Assembly: GCA_905182715.1 (NCBI GenBank)
Contig: CAJJCP010000028.1
Span: forward strand, 12,592 to 76,591
Origin: an uncultured Candidatus Poseidoniales archaeon
GTDB lineage: Archaea > Thermoplasmatota > Poseidoniia > Poseidoniales > Poseidoniaceae
Length of the DNA stretch: 64,000 bases
Direction of reading: 5' to 3'
Shown: piece after piece, positions 52,815-63,895 of the stretch
How the letters are laid out: every line of letters begins with the position of its first letter
Numbering within the stretch: the first letter of the stretch is position 1
Translations under genes and position numbers: made by a program
Notes under the pieces: model-generated
The model's database searches: none
The model's input: the letters and a program-made list of their open reading frames with translations, nothing else
What the model was told of the DNA's origin: nothing

Positions 52815-55800
52815 TTAACCTTGGTATGGAATCCAAGATTCAGATGCAGAATCGTAATACGATAAACTTCCATCAGCAGCTTTTGACCAATTGACGCCAT
52901 TTTCTTCCCATTGTTGAGATTCTTGTTCAATGGCCGGGAGTTCCTTTGTTGTTTCGTATACCATGTTAGAATCAGTTGCCGAATCGGTATAATTCTGCGC
53001 TGCAAATGGTGAATCATCAACAACTGTTTCCTGACCCTTTCGAACAACGAGTAATGCGCCAAGACCACAGAGTGCTAAGAGTGCGAGAATTGCGTAAACA
53101 AGGCCGCCTCCACTGGACTCTGCTTCTTGTTCTGTGCGCGCAGCATCTTCAGGATAGTAATCATAGGTATCTGATACTCCATCTCCATCCGTATCTGTTG
53201 TCTCATTACGGTCCAATGGGAAATCATCTTCAGCATCATTGATGCCGTCTTGGTCAGTATCCATTTGAGTCAAAGCACATCCATCTTCGAACACAATAGA
53301 ACTCGTTGGAGATAATGGGCAATCATCGTCAATATTTTTGACTCCATCTTCATCATCGTCTTTTTGATGTTCTGAGCAACCATCGAGATCGACTCCGTGA
53401 GATTCATCAGTGTCTGGGCACAAATCTTTGTGATTGTTAATGGTGTCATTATCCTCATCAATTTGAGAATCAGCGCAACCTTCAGGATTGACTTGCTCTC
53501 CTGCAGGTGTTGCTGGGCATGTGTCGATGGTATCGTCAATCATGTCGTTATCTGCGTCTTTTTGATTGTCAGCACATCCTGAAGCATCGGTAATGAGGCC
53601 AATTTCGGTATCTGGGCAGTCATCAACATCGTTCATGATGGCATCATCGTCATCATCTCGCTGTGCATCAGAACAACCATTGGAATCCGCTTCATCTTCG
53701 TTCCCAGTCATTGGGCAAAAGTCGTCCATGTCATTGACGCCATCTTCATCTGTATCACGTTCAGCAGATGAACAGCCAACGCCATTGACGAGGGTTGATG
53801 GTGATGTAGTTGGACATTCATCCAGTTGGTCATTGATTCCATCTTCATCGGTGTCACGTTGCATATCTGCACATCCAGCACTGTCAACAGCAGAGCCGAG
53901 TGGCGTCATTGGACAAGCATCGAATGCATCCATGATTCCATCATTATCGCCGTCTTCTTGAGAGCCTGAACATCCAGTAGCGTCGACGTTCTCACCTGCG
54001 GGTGTTGATGGGCAAGCATCGATATCATTGGTGACTCCATCGAGATCATCGTCCTTCTGTTGTTCTGAACATCCCATTGAATCAACGGATTGACCTGCGG
54101 GTGTGTTCAAACAATGGTCAGGAGTATCGCCGTTTGGATTATCACCATAGCTGTCTCCATCTGCATCAAACCATTGTGTTGGTTCAGTAGGGAATCGGTC
54201 AGCCATGTTTCCATTTTGGTTATCTCCGTATCCATCACCATCTGCATCTTCCCATTGAGTGCCGTCCATTGGGAAAGCATCTGGGTCGGTGCCTGCTTGG
54301 TTGTCTCCGTATCCATCACCATCAGTATCTTCCCATTGAGTTGCGTCATTCGGGAATGCATCGCCGTTGTTTCCGGTTGGGTTATCGCCATAGCCATCAC
54401 CATCGGTGTCGGTCCATTGGGTTGAATCAGTAGGGAATTCGTCAGGAGTGGTTCCAGTTGGATTGTCTCCATATCCGTCACCATCCTGGTCAGCCCATTG
54501 AGATGAATCGGTAGGGAAAGCATCACCGTTGTTTCCAGTTGGGTTATCTCCGTATCCATCACCGTCTTGGTCTGCCCATTGGGTTGAATCAGTCGGATAC
54601 TCATCAGCATAATTGCCGGCGGCGTTATCTCCGTAGCCATCTCCATCTTGGTCAGCCCATTGGGTTGAATCGTACGGGAATGCATCAGAGGCATTGCCGG
54701 ATGGGTTGTCTCCGTAGCCGTCCCCATCTTGGTCATCCCATTGGGAACTGTCGAGCGGGAAAGCATCGGGTGAATTGCCATTTGGGTCATCGCCATAGCC
54801 GTCTCCATCCATGTCTGAATATTGGCTGCTGTCGTAAGGGAAATCATCAACCATGTCGTTGTACCCATCACCGTCGGAATCTTTCTGAGAAAGTTCACAA
54901 CCATACATGTCGACTGATGCACCAGCAGTTGTGTTGGCACATAGGTCATATTCATTGGCAACTCCATCATTATCATCATCAATGGTCAGTGAGAAGCAAT
55001 CACTGTCGCCAATTAATTGAACACTTATACTCGAGTAGAGATTGACGACTGCGCAGTAAATACCACTCATGTTTGGAGTCGTATAGGTGAATGTTGGCAT
55101 GCTCATGTTTTGTGCTGTTGCAGTAAAGGTACTGAGGGTCGAAGTAGCCAGTGATGCACCTGAACTATCAGTGACTAATATTTGGTATTTGTAATCGTCT
55201 CCTGTAACAAGGTCGCTGCCTTTGACCATGACATCATTGGTGGCTGAAGTTGAACTTGTTGAATATGAATCAATCAACATGGTCGGCAATTGTGGAATGA
55301 ACTCATCATCATGAACGCCAATAAACCCTTCATTGGAAGTCAGATTAACTTGAGTGTTATTGTATGAAAGGAAAGTAACAAACCCGTGATCATTCATGGT
55401 TGTTGGTCCATTCCATGTGATTTGCCACGATTCTGAGGTGGCCGTATCGGTCGTAAACGTGACGTTCATTTGGTCAATCATTGAGGCTGTGAGTGCCATG
55501 TCGACATCCATCGAAGTCGTGTAATTGTTATCAAATTCGACCATATCATAGACAAGCCACCATACTGTATAATCGGTGTATGTACTGAGGTTTGTTGCAT
55601 ATATTTCACCTGTTGTTGAAGAGGTTACGTAAGCTTCGAGCATTTCGATGTAGATGCAATCTCCATCTTCATCGAGCATTGCTCCAGTAGCGTCTTTCAA
55701 CACTGATACAGAACAGTATTCAGATTCTTGCATTACAGGGCTTGCCGATGTTGCATTGGCCATCATGGTCGTTGCTGTAGCACTGAAGTTACCATTGCTC

Positions 55801-57011
55801 GGCATGGACCAACTTTCAGTGTCATTCAAGAAAAACTGAACATTTGAATGGTTGTAGAGGTATGTATCTCCAATGGTTAATCCCGTGAATTCAAGCATTG
55901 AATCGGTTGTTCCATTCATGGTCACAGTGACGGACTGGAAACTTTGCCCTCCGCCTGGTAAATTTGTAGTTAATGAGATGTCATAATTATTCGTAAGAAC
56001 ACCTCCCCCAAATGATGCGTAATGATATACTTTGAAGTATGCTGTGAAATTTGATAGGGCTGTATATGCTGCTGCTTCATTATCTGAAGAAGAAGACATT
56101 GAAACAAAACTATTGAAAGAAAGTAAACTACCAGTAGCATCTTCTAAAGTTGCATCAATATCGCCACCTGCGTGCAAGAATGTTAAATTGAAGTAGTATG
56201 TGACCCCACTCATCATTTGAATTTCGTAGTAATCATCATTGGCAACTCCAGCAGAATTTATTTCGACACTTAATCCAGTACAAGCAACCGGCAATATGGA
56301 GGCTAAAGTTGCAGTAGCAGGTGTATCATTGGGTTCTAAGATATCCGGGGCATTACCGTTTCCAGTACATGGGCTTGGTATTGCGCTCCCATTACCACCC
56401 GTTCCGTTGCCACCGGTTCCGTTGCCAGTCGAGGTGCTGAATGTCCAGATGTCAAGGGTATAGAATCCATACCCGTCATAACGGTATATTTGTACATAAA
56501 CAGTCCCTCCATGTGGAGTTGCAGAATTATTTGTGCTTACTGATTCGGGGTTAAACATATATGATTCATCGATAAAAGTTCCATTCGCATCATAGATTGC
56601 AAGATCAAAATCGTTTGTATATGTGGAACCGTTTGCAGAAGTATATGTTGTGTTAAAGGAAAGTTGCAGCGCTAATCCTTCATTGGCTGCAAGGTTGACT
56701 GCGACCCAATCTTCATCATCATTGACATCGAGTTCGCCGAAGTCCGAAAAATACACAGGTGCAAACCCTGAAAGGTTTGCAGCAAAGGATGAATTGACTC
56801 CTGACATGTTGTCTGGTAAATCCATGGATAATCCAAAATCGTTTTGATTTGCACCGACTGCAGATACGCTTGGTGCAGTCAATGTCAGCGTCGTTATGAC
56901 AAGCATCAAGGCCAAGAGAATGGAACTCGATTTGTTAGGATTCGTAGAACTCAAGGAAGAGGACATAAACTTGGGACTGAGTGATAGTTTAAGAGACTCT
57001 CTACTCGGCAT
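52815..57011 (-). CDS. Secreted, membrane-anchored thrombospondin type-3-like repeat protein with N-terminal PPC-like beta domains
   Basis: Signal peptide; D.DW..V and DDYY motifs; Asp-rich repeats; C-terminal TM and Trp/Tyr-rich tail. Confidence 0.85.
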   Translation of the reverse strand: MPSRESLKLSLSPKFMSSSLSSTNPNKSSSILLALMLVITTLTLTAPSVSAVGANQNDFGLSMDLPDNMSGVNSSFAANLSGFAPVYFSDFGELDVNDDEDWVAVNLAANEGLALQLSFNTTYTSANGSTYTNDFDLAIYDANGTFIDESYMFNPESVSTNNSATPHGGTVYVQIYRYDGYGFYTLDIWTFSTSTGNGTGGNGTGGNGSAIPSPCTGNGNAPDILEPNDTPATATLASILPVACTGLSVEINSAGVANDDYYEIQMMSGVTYYFNLTFLHAGGDIDATLEDATGSLLSFNSFVSMSSSSDNEAAAYTALSNFTAYFKVYHYASFGGGVLTNNYDISLTTNLPGGGQSFQSVTVTMNGTTDSMLEFTGLTIGDTYLYNHSNVQFFLNDTESWSMPSNGNFSATATTMMANATSASPVMQESEYCSVSVLKDATGAMLDEDGDCIYIEMLEAYVTSSTTGEIYATNLSTYTDYTVWWLVYDMVEFDNNYTTSMDVDMALTASMIDQMNVTFTTDTATSESWQITWNGPTTMNDHGFVTFLSYNNTQVNLTSNEGFIGVHDDEFIPQLPTMLIDSYSTSSTSATNDVMVKGSDLVTGDDYKYQILVTDSSGASLATSTLSTFTATAQNMSMPTFTYTTPNMSGIYCAVVNLYSSISVQLIGDSDCFSLTIDDDNDGVANEYDLCANTTAGASVDMYGCELSQKDSDGDGYNDMVDDFPYDSSQYSDMDGDGYGDDPNGNSPDAFPLDSSQWDDQDGDGYGDNPSGNASDAFPYDSTQWADQDGDGYGDNAAGNYADEYPTDSTQWADQDGDGYGDNPTGNNGDAFPTDSSQWADQDGDGYGDNPTGTTPDEFPTDSTQWTDTDGDGYGDNPTGNNGDAFPNDATQWEDTDGDGYGDNQAGTDPDAFPMDGTQWEDADGDGYGDNQNGNMADRFPTEPTQWFDADGDSYGDNPNGDTPDHCLNTPAGQSVDSMGCSEQQKDDDLDGVTNDIDACPSTPAGENVDATGCSGSQEDGDNDGIMDAFDACPMTPLGSAVDSAGCADMQRDTDEDGINDQLDECPTTSPSTLVNGVGCSSAERDTDEDGVNDMDDFCPMTGNEDEADSNGCSDAQRDDDDDAIMNDVDDCPDTEIGLITDASGCADNQKDADNDMIDDTIDTCPATPAGEQVNPEGCADSQIDEDNDTINNHKDLCPDTDESHGVDLDGCSEHQKDDDEDGVKNIDDDCPLSPTSSIVFEDGCALTQMDTDQDGINDAEDDFPLDRNETTDTDGDGVSDTYDYYPEDAARTEQEAESSGGGLVYAILALLALCGLGALLVVRKGQETVVDDSPFAAQNYTDSATDSNMVYETTKELPAIEQESQQWEENGVNWSKAADGSLSYYDSASESWIPYQG
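53230..54850 (-). repeat. Intragenic tandem repeats: about 9 x 27 aa and about 9 x 33 aa
   Basis: DAFPxDxxQWxDxDGDGYGDN unit nine times, followed by DxCPxTxxxxxVDxxGC..DxDxDG unit nine times. Confidence 0.85.
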
Positions 57012-57250
57012 TAAATTGCTGTTGGAGCAACATGGCCCTCTTTTTTGTCTTCTGGTTTACGAACCCGTGACCAAACTCCGCCCATTAATTCATCATGGTG
57101 ATTGCCACAGTAATGGAATCGGCGGTATGCCTCTCGAAATGAGTAGGCTTTTTTTCCAGTTGCTACAAGGAAACCTTCTGGTGAGAGGCGGGATACGATG
57201 GTTCCTTCTTCCCCACAACCAAGGAAATCGCATACTGCTGAGCCGCCCAT
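57011..57250 (-). CDS. Small putative zinc-binding protein
   Basis: CDFLGC..HYCGNHH; TAATG stop/start overlap with the downstream surface protein ORF. Confidence 0.6.
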   Translation of the reverse strand: MGGSAVCDFLGCGEEGTIVSRLSPEGFLVATGKKAYSFREAYRRFHYCGNHHDELMGGVWSRVRKPEDKKEGHVAPTAI

Positions 57251-57323
57251 GAGAGTGTTAGAGGCTTACAGGTCTTTAATGGTCGTATCGAACCCTAGAA
57301 TTTCACATGAGTTCATGCGAAAA

Positions 57324-57725
57324 TCATTCAGCTTCTGGAATCGGCTCAATAACGACCAATGGAATATTCGCTTCAATTGCTTGACCTTCTTCACAAGTCA
57401 CAGAGATGACGGTTCCGGAGACAGGTGCTTGAATTTCATTTTGCATTTTCATGGCTTCCAGAATGAGAATCACTTGTCCTTCAACAACTTCGTCACCAAC
57501 ATTGACTTCGACAGTAACGACTTTCCCAGGGATATTGGCTGAAACTGTGCCCGACTTTTTCTTTTTCCCACTGGCGTTTCTTTTCTTTTTCGCCACAGGT
57601 GCTGCATCAGGTATTTCGATCTGAAATGTTTTTCCTTCCACAGTCGCAGACCAAGAAGTACCTTCGCCTTCAATGACGACTTCAAATTCGGTTCCATCAA
57701 CAATCACTTTTCTTGTTTCAGTCAT
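57324..57725 (-). CDS. Biotin carboxyl carrier protein
   Basis: EAMKMQN biotinylation motif, IPGKVV. Confidence 0.92.
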   Translation of the reverse strand: MTETRKVIVDGTEFEVVIEGEGTSWSATVEGKTFQIEIPDAAPVAKKKRNASGKKKKSGTVSANIPGKVVTVEVNVGDEVVEGQVILILEAMKMQNEIQAPVSGTVISVTCEEGQAIEANIPLVVIEPIPEAE

Positions 57726-57729
57726 ACTT

Positions 57730-57924
57730 TCACTTCCAAGGTGAGCGACTTGCTCGTTTCTGCATTAATGAGGAAAGACCCATGTTCATTCTTCGATGAT
57801 CTTGGGACCATGCAAGGCCAGGTTTACGGGCAACTTGACCAGGGTCGTCTCCACTTTGTGAGAGTAGGGAATAGACTGCAGCAATCGCTGCCATTCGCAA
57901 GGTCTCTTCATCGTGGCTTGACAT
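57730..57924 (-). CDS. Small acyl-CoA carboxylase accessory subunit (epsilon/PccX-like)
   Basis: AAIAAV..AW....R pattern; located between carboxyltransferase and BCCP genes. Confidence 0.6.
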   Translation of the reverse strand: MSSHDEETLRMAAIAAVYSLLSQSGDDPGQVARKPGLAWSQDHRRMNMGLSSLMQKRASRSPWK

Positions 57925-57933
57925 ATGAACGCC

Positions 57934-59487
57934 TCAAAGGGGTATATTTCCATGCTTTCGAGCAGGGCGTAATTCTTCTTTATCCAATAACATCTCGAGC
58001 GCACGACAGAGTTTACTTCGAGTTTGGTTTGGTTCGATGACATCGTCCAAATATCCGAGTGCTGCTGCAGTGTACGGATTTGCAAACTTCTCATTAAAAT
58101 CTTCAGTCAGTCTTTGGCGTTCTTGTTCAGCGTTTCGTGAGTTTGCAATTCGCTTTCGATGAATGATTTCGACTGCACCATCTGCACCCATTACTGCAAT
58201 TTCACCGGTTGGCCATGCGACATTGTAGTCTCCACGGATGTGCTTCGATGACATGACATCATATGCGCCACCGTAGGCTTTGCGAAGAATGACTGTGAGT
58301 TTCGGAACAGTTGCTTCTGCATATGCATAGAGGAGTTTAGCACCGTGTCGAATAATTCCTCCCCATTCTTGACTTGTACCCGGTAAGAAACCTGGAACAT
58401 CTTCAAGGGTAATGATTGGAATGTTGAATGCATCACAGAAACGGACGAAACGTGCTGCCTTGTCGCTTGCATCAATGTCCAAACATCCTGCTAACACCTT
58501 TGGCTGATTGGCAACGACGCCAACAGTATGGCTACCAAGGTGACCAAACCCTACAACGATGTTTTGTGCCCAATCCGCTTGGACTTCAAGGAAAGCACCA
58601 TCATCGAGAACTTCTGAAATAACATCAAGGACATCGTATGCTTTTGTCGCTTGGTCTGGCATGATGGTGTCAAGTGCCTCGCAAGAACGGTCGATTGGGT
58701 CACTGGTTTTCTTATCCGGTGGTCGCTCGAGATTATTTTGTGGAAGTAAGTCACACAAATCGCGTGCCAACTGAATTGCTGCTTCGTCATCTGCTGCTGA
58801 AAAGTGAGATACTCCTGACTTGGTGCCATGCGTTGATGCACCGCCTAAGTCTTCAAAGTTCACTTCTTCATTGGTTACTGTTTTGATGACTTCAGGACCT
58901 GTGATGAACATGTATGAGGATTCCTCTACCATGATGACAAAATCCGTAATTGCTGGAGAATAGACTGCTCCACCTGCACACGGGCCCATAATGACAGATA
59001 TTTGGGGTACTACACCAGAGGCGCGAACGTTTCGGAAAAAGATTTCAGCATAACTGCCGAGAGATGCCACGCCTTCCTGAATACGTGCGCCACCAGAATC
59101 GTTCAAACCGATGACTGGGCGCCCTGTTTTGAGTGCCATGTCGAGAACCTTACAGATTTTGAGCCCGTGCATTTCACCCAGTGAGCCACCGTAGGCGGTG
59201 AAGTCTTGAGCAAAAGTAAACACTTGCCTGCCGTTGATAGAGCCATGACCAGTGACGACACCGTCGCCTGGGATGATGTCCTTGTCCATGCCGAAATCTC
59301 TGCATCGATGCTCAACCAACGCATCAAGCTCTTGGAATGTCCCCTCGTCGAGGAGGACATCTATGCGTTCACGGGCCGTCATTTTGCCCTTGCCGTGTTG
59401 GCGGTCGATTCGGTCTTGGCCTCCGCCCATTTCGCTGCGAGATTTACGATTTCGCAAATCTTGGAGTCGTTCCTCTGATGATGTCAT
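57934..59487 (-). CDS. pccB: Acyl-CoA carboxyltransferase (propionyl-CoA carboxylase beta type)
   Basis: [53 protein letters not shown]. Confidence 0.9.
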   Translation of the reverse strand: MTSSEERLQDLRNRKSRSEMGGGQDRIDRQHGKGKMTARERIDVLLDEGTFQELDALVEHRCRDFGMDKDIIPGDGVVTGHGSINGRQVFTFAQDFTAYGGSLGEMHGLKICKVLDMALKTGRPVIGLNDSGGARIQEGVASLGSYAEIFFRNVRASGVVPQISVIMGPCAGGAVYSPAITDFVIMVEESSYMFITGPEVIKTVTNEEVNFEDLGGASTHGTKSGVSHFSAADDEAAIQLARDLCDLLPQNNLERPPDKKTSDPIDRSCEALDTIMPDQATKAYDVLDVISEVLDDGAFLEVQADWAQNIVVGFGHLGSHTVGVVANQPKVLAGCLDIDASDKAARFVRFCDAFNIPIITLEDVPGFLPGTSQEWGGIIRHGAKLLYAYAEATVPKLTVILRKAYGGAYDVMSSKHIRGDYNVAWPTGEIAVMGADGAVEIIHRKRIANSRNAEQERQRLTEDFNEKFANPYTAAALGYLDDVIEPNQTRSKLCRALEMLLDKEELRPARKHGNIPL

Positions 59488-59875
59488 AGGCTTCCCAAAG
59501 GGGTCTACGGAAAACCCGCCCTTATGCGTTGCCTTTGTTTGAGGTCGTATGGAGCGTTCTACAGATACTTCCTGAAAAGCGCTTTTTTGAGTATGAATAT
59601 ACTTCCCATTTCATCAATCCACCAAGCACCTCGACTTGAACGCCATCGAACTGATGTCGAACGTCTGAAGTTTAGGGATGATGATGGTGCCCAATACATG
59701 TTCCAACGGTTCAAGGGATTCCTGGGCTTAACAATTTGATTAGGACCAAGCAAATTGATTCCTCTCCAGAAAACGGTGAAGAGTAAATACTCCGTTCATG
59801 CCTCTTGATGAAGCATAGGAAGAGTGAAACAACACGGTCATGAATGCGTCTAAGGGGTGTGTTGATAGGGAGGAG

Positions 59876-60338
59876 ATGCCTCCAACAACCATGAGCGAAC
59901 CGTGGAGAATCGTGGTTGCAAAGCCCGGCTTAGATGGGCATGACCGAGGTGCCAAAGTCGTTGCACGAGCATTACGTGATGCAGGCAACGAAGTCATCTA
60001 CACAGGTTTGCGACGTAGTGCCCAACAAATTGTCGATACTGTTCGTGATGAGGATGCACGTTTCCTCGGGCTTTCTTCTCTTTCTGGTGCTCATGAGCAT
60101 CTTTTCCCAAAGGTTTGTGAACTCTTGAAACAACAAGGTCTCAACGATGTGATTGTTTTTGGTGGAGGAATCATTCCTACTTGGCGATCGTGAACCACTG
60201 TATGCTTGTGGTATACGTGCTATTTTCGGCCCAGGTACACCTACTTCTGAGATTTTAGAATTTATAGAACAAGCAACACAGTTGGAAAATACTGGCGTTG
60301 GCCAAGACAGCGATTGGTATTGGACCTCATCGGCATGA
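59876..60338 (+). CDS. Methylmalonyl-CoA mutase cobalamin-binding subunit (one +1 frameshift near 60179)
   Basis: [11 protein letters not shown] (DxHxxG), [27 protein letters not shown]. Confidence 0.88.
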
Positions 60339-60347
60339 GGTGATGGT

Positions 60348-61257
60348 ATGACGTTCGAGTTCCTTGAGCAAGCCAAATCTGGTGACCGCCGTTCACTTGC
60401 GCGAACATTAAGCAGTCTTGAAAACGGTTTAGTCAAGATTGAAGAAGTACTCGATGTAGATTGGTTCAGTCCCTGCTTCCTACGATGGTGATTGGCAAAC
60501 TTTAGCGATTACCGGAGCACCAGGTGTTGGTAAATCATGCCTTCTTGATGGGTTACTTCGCTCGTGGGCCGAAAAAGGACTCCGGGTTGCAGTCTTGGCC
60601 GTTGACCCTTCATCTCCACGAACGGGTGGCGCTTTACTCGGTGACCGAGTACGGATGACTGTCGTCGATGATAAGGAATTAAATGAATTAATTTATTTGC
60701 GTTCAGTTGCCACTCGTAAAGCATCTGGGAGTGTCCCAGTCATCGTAGAAGACATGACCAAAGTTCTCCTCGCTTTAGGCTGGCAGACGTGTGATTATCG
60801 AGACGGTTGGAGCAGGACAGTCCGAAGTGAGATGTGCAGCATTGGCTGATCGAATTGTGGTTGTTGAAGGGCCGGCACGAGGCGATGGAATTCAAGCTGA
60901 AAAAGCAGGCTTACTCGAATTAGCAGATGCAGTTTTAGTGAACAAATCTGATTTGCCTGGAGCAGAACTTCACGCTGATGAAATACGAGAGTCGTTTGAA
61001 TTGGGTGCAGGAAGTACCCCGCCGTTCTCTTGACTTCAGCCATACAAGGTACTGGTATTTCTGAGGCTGCTGAAATGCTTCTCATGCTTTCATCTTCTGG
61101 TCGCTCAACACGTGCACGATGGCGAGAACGCCTTTTGGCATACCATGAACGAAAAATCCTCGAATCTCCTCAACTCGATGAATTACTCGAAAAACTGGCG
61201 AAGGGTTCAATTCTGTTAGATGAAGCGTTACATATTATTGGTGGTGAACAGCAATGA
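60348..61257 (+). CDS. meaB: MeaB/ArgK mutase-associated GTPase (three frameshifts)
   Basis: GDRRSLAR, ITGAPGVGKS, AVDPSSPRTGGALLGDRVRM, IIETVGAGQSE, NKSD, TSA across successive frames. Confidence 0.87.
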
Positions 61258-61878
61258 GTGAACATGTTGAATTAACAAACCCCGTTGAATTATCAGTTGG
61301 TGGAATGGGCGGGCATTTATTTCGTCGTTCAATCCATCTTGGTATGTCCCTTCTGCCTTTGGTCTTCTTTGAATATGGTGAATCACTTGCCGACCTCGTT
61401 GGATTAACAGTCCCTCAATTATTATCATCAATGGTTTTTTTATTGTTTCTTTTAGAAGGCCTTCGTCTTGGTTTTGGGATCACAATCTATGGGCAAAGAG
61501 AGTATGAAGCCCGACAAGTTTCCGCTTTGGGTTGGGGCGCATTTGGTATTGGTCTGGTCTTTTTGTTGGCGCCCGTCGAAGCATACGCATGGCCAATTAT
61601 TCTTTCTTTATCCTTAGGTGACCCCTTTCTTGGTGAAATGAGACGCCGAGGTATTGGAACCCGTAATGTTATTCTTTCATCCGTTGCCTTCTTGTTCCTT
61701 GTTTGGGTTGCATGCTGGCACTTCTTTTGCTACACCATTATGGCTGGCCTTTTTGTTTGCGCCTTTGTGCGTAGCCTCTGAATGGCCTCGTCTGCGGTAC
61801 ATCGATGACAACGCAACCATGGTCCTCATTCCACTTGGAATGATTTTACTGTTCGAGCCCTTTCTCCAACTGATGTAA
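61254..61878 (+). CDS. Dolichol/phytol kinase-like (cytidylyltransferase family) membrane protein (one +1 frameshift near 61727)
   Basis: RRSIH, R.YE...SA, LSLGDP, IDDN motifs with multiple TM helices. Confidence 0.65.
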
Positions 61879-61949
61879 TCAAATTATGTGTAGAAGTTGA
61901 CTCAATATATTCAAATGATGGTTAGCATTGGCAAGGTTGAGGGATACAG

Positions 61950-62066
61950 ATGAGCGAAGAGACCAAGGATTCAGCACCACCACAAATCGCCTACTTTGTT
62001 GTGTTTTCTCTCGGTGTCATTTTCCTCGCAATCTCCATGGTGAGATATCCTCTTTGGGGCCTTTGA
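61950..62066 (+). CDS. 38-aa single-TM small protein (absent from ORF track)
   Basis: GAGGGA RBS; MSEETKDSAPPQIAYFVVFSLGVIFLAISMVRYPLWGL*. Confidence 0.55.
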   Translation: MSEETKDSAPPQIAYFVVFSLGVIFLAISMVRYPLWGL

Positions 62067-62109
62067 TTTCTAAGGGATGCTTGAAGAAGGTCACCGTTTT
62101 GGTCACCTT

Positions 62110-63895
62110 ATGTGTGGCATAGGTGGGATGTTCGGTGAGCCGGACCCTGCTGTTGTTCAAAGAATGAATACACTCCTTCACCATCGTGGACCAAATGGCA
62201 ATAATGTCTGGTCTGATGACCATATATCTCTTGGACATACTCGTTTAGCCATCGTTGACTTAGGCGGAAGTGACCAACCTTTGTTTGGCTCAGCACGTGA
62301 AGTCCTTGTAGCGAATGGAGAAATCTATAACTATCGAGAAATCCGGTCTCAGCATCCCTCTTTTTCTTGGAAAACGCAGGGTGACTCTGAGTCGATATTG
62401 GCACTTCTTGATGCCTCGAAATCGAAGCATTCCGGCGTGTTAACTGCTCGACAACACGCACAATGGATCTCACAATTGAATGGAATGTATGCATTTGCTC
62501 TTTGGGATTCTGAGACTCGTCATTTACTTTTAGCGCGTGACCCACTTGGAATTAAGCCACTTGTTCGGACATCAGTTGACGGTTCACTTCTTTTTGCCAG
62601 TGAAAGTAAAGCATTGCGGGCACATGAAGGCCATGTACCTGCACTGGATGAGGAAGCACTTGTTGCTCGTCTTGCATGGGAATACCCGCTTGATGGTACG
62701 ACGTTACTGAAAGATGTCACTCAGATTCGACCAGGTACTGTTGAAGTTTGGGCATTGGACCTTGAAGGTAAAGCCAAACTGTTTGACCGTGCTACCATCG
62801 AACAACAAAAAGTCAATCCTTTGAATACATGGGGTCCTGAAACCGATGCAGAATCCCTGCTGGAAACTTTCGTCGAAGGTGTTTCAGAACGCCTCATGTC
62901 GGATGTACCAGTTGGAATTGTTCTTTCTGGTGGACTTGATTCTTCATTGGTAGCAGCAGTTGCCCATGAGGCTGCAGAACGTGCCCATCAGCCGGTTCCG
63001 GCCTGTTGGACGGTCGCAGAAAGTGAAGAGAACCCTGATTGGATTGCTGCTGAAGAAGTTGCTTCCTCGTTTGATTTGGTCCACCATCAACATATTCTCG
63101 AACCAGATTCATTTGACACGCTCCTTCCAGATTTGTCATGGCATGGTGAAGACCTTGACGTCACCGTACTCTTTTTCCAGCCACTCTTCCAAAAGATGTC
63201 ACAACATGTGACGGTTGGATTGTGTGGACAAGGGGCAGATGAGTTGCATGCAGGTTATCCCCGCTACCGAGATCTCAAGGCACATGGCGAGGTTATTGAT
63301 GCTCGTTTGGCATCGATGGAACATCCTTTTGCACGTCAAATGGAGAATGAAGCATTGCCTGTTGGTGAGCACTGGTATGCGAAGGGTCATGCAGGCGGTA
63401 GCCATACGGGTTCACTGGAAGAGTTCCTTCAATTCGAGCTCGACCACGGGCAACTTTCAAATTTCCAATTACGATTGGTTGACCGCCATTCAATGGCTCA
63501 TTCATTAGAAGTTCGAGTTCCATTCCTTTCTAAGTCTCATCGACAAGCCAGTCATCAATTGCCGATGGAATGGCGACTTCCTGCCGAACGGTGATGAAAA
63601 GCTGGCCTTACGGGCCGCAGCATCGCTCACCTCGTTGCCAAAGCATATTGTTCGCCGCCCTAAACTACCTGCTGGTCGGGCGACATCCCCCACTTTAATC
63701 GATAACCTCCTTGCAGAATACAAGCCCCAAACCGATGCTCTTCTTCGGCGTTACCCCTCATTTTCTGGGGCTTTAAAGACACAGCATGATATAGCCCTGG
63801 GTTTAGGATTGTTTGAGGCAGTTCACATTTTGGATAGAGGGACGAAGAAACCTACGGGTTCGACGATGGATTTACTCAACGAGGTGATTGGTTGA
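62110..63895 (+). CDS. asnB: Asparagine synthase (glutamine-hydrolysing) family (one +1 frameshift near 63590)
   Basis: MCGI N-terminal Cys, HRGP, RLAIVD, NGEIYN, RDPLGIKPL, LSGGLDSS, GQGADE, SLEVRVPFL; EK..LR..RPK continuation. Confidence 0.9.

Noticed and set aside
53230..54850. CRISPR-like periodic repeats
   Set aside because: Periods of 81 and 99 bp are in-frame protein repeats with synonymous variation; no unique spacers or cas genes
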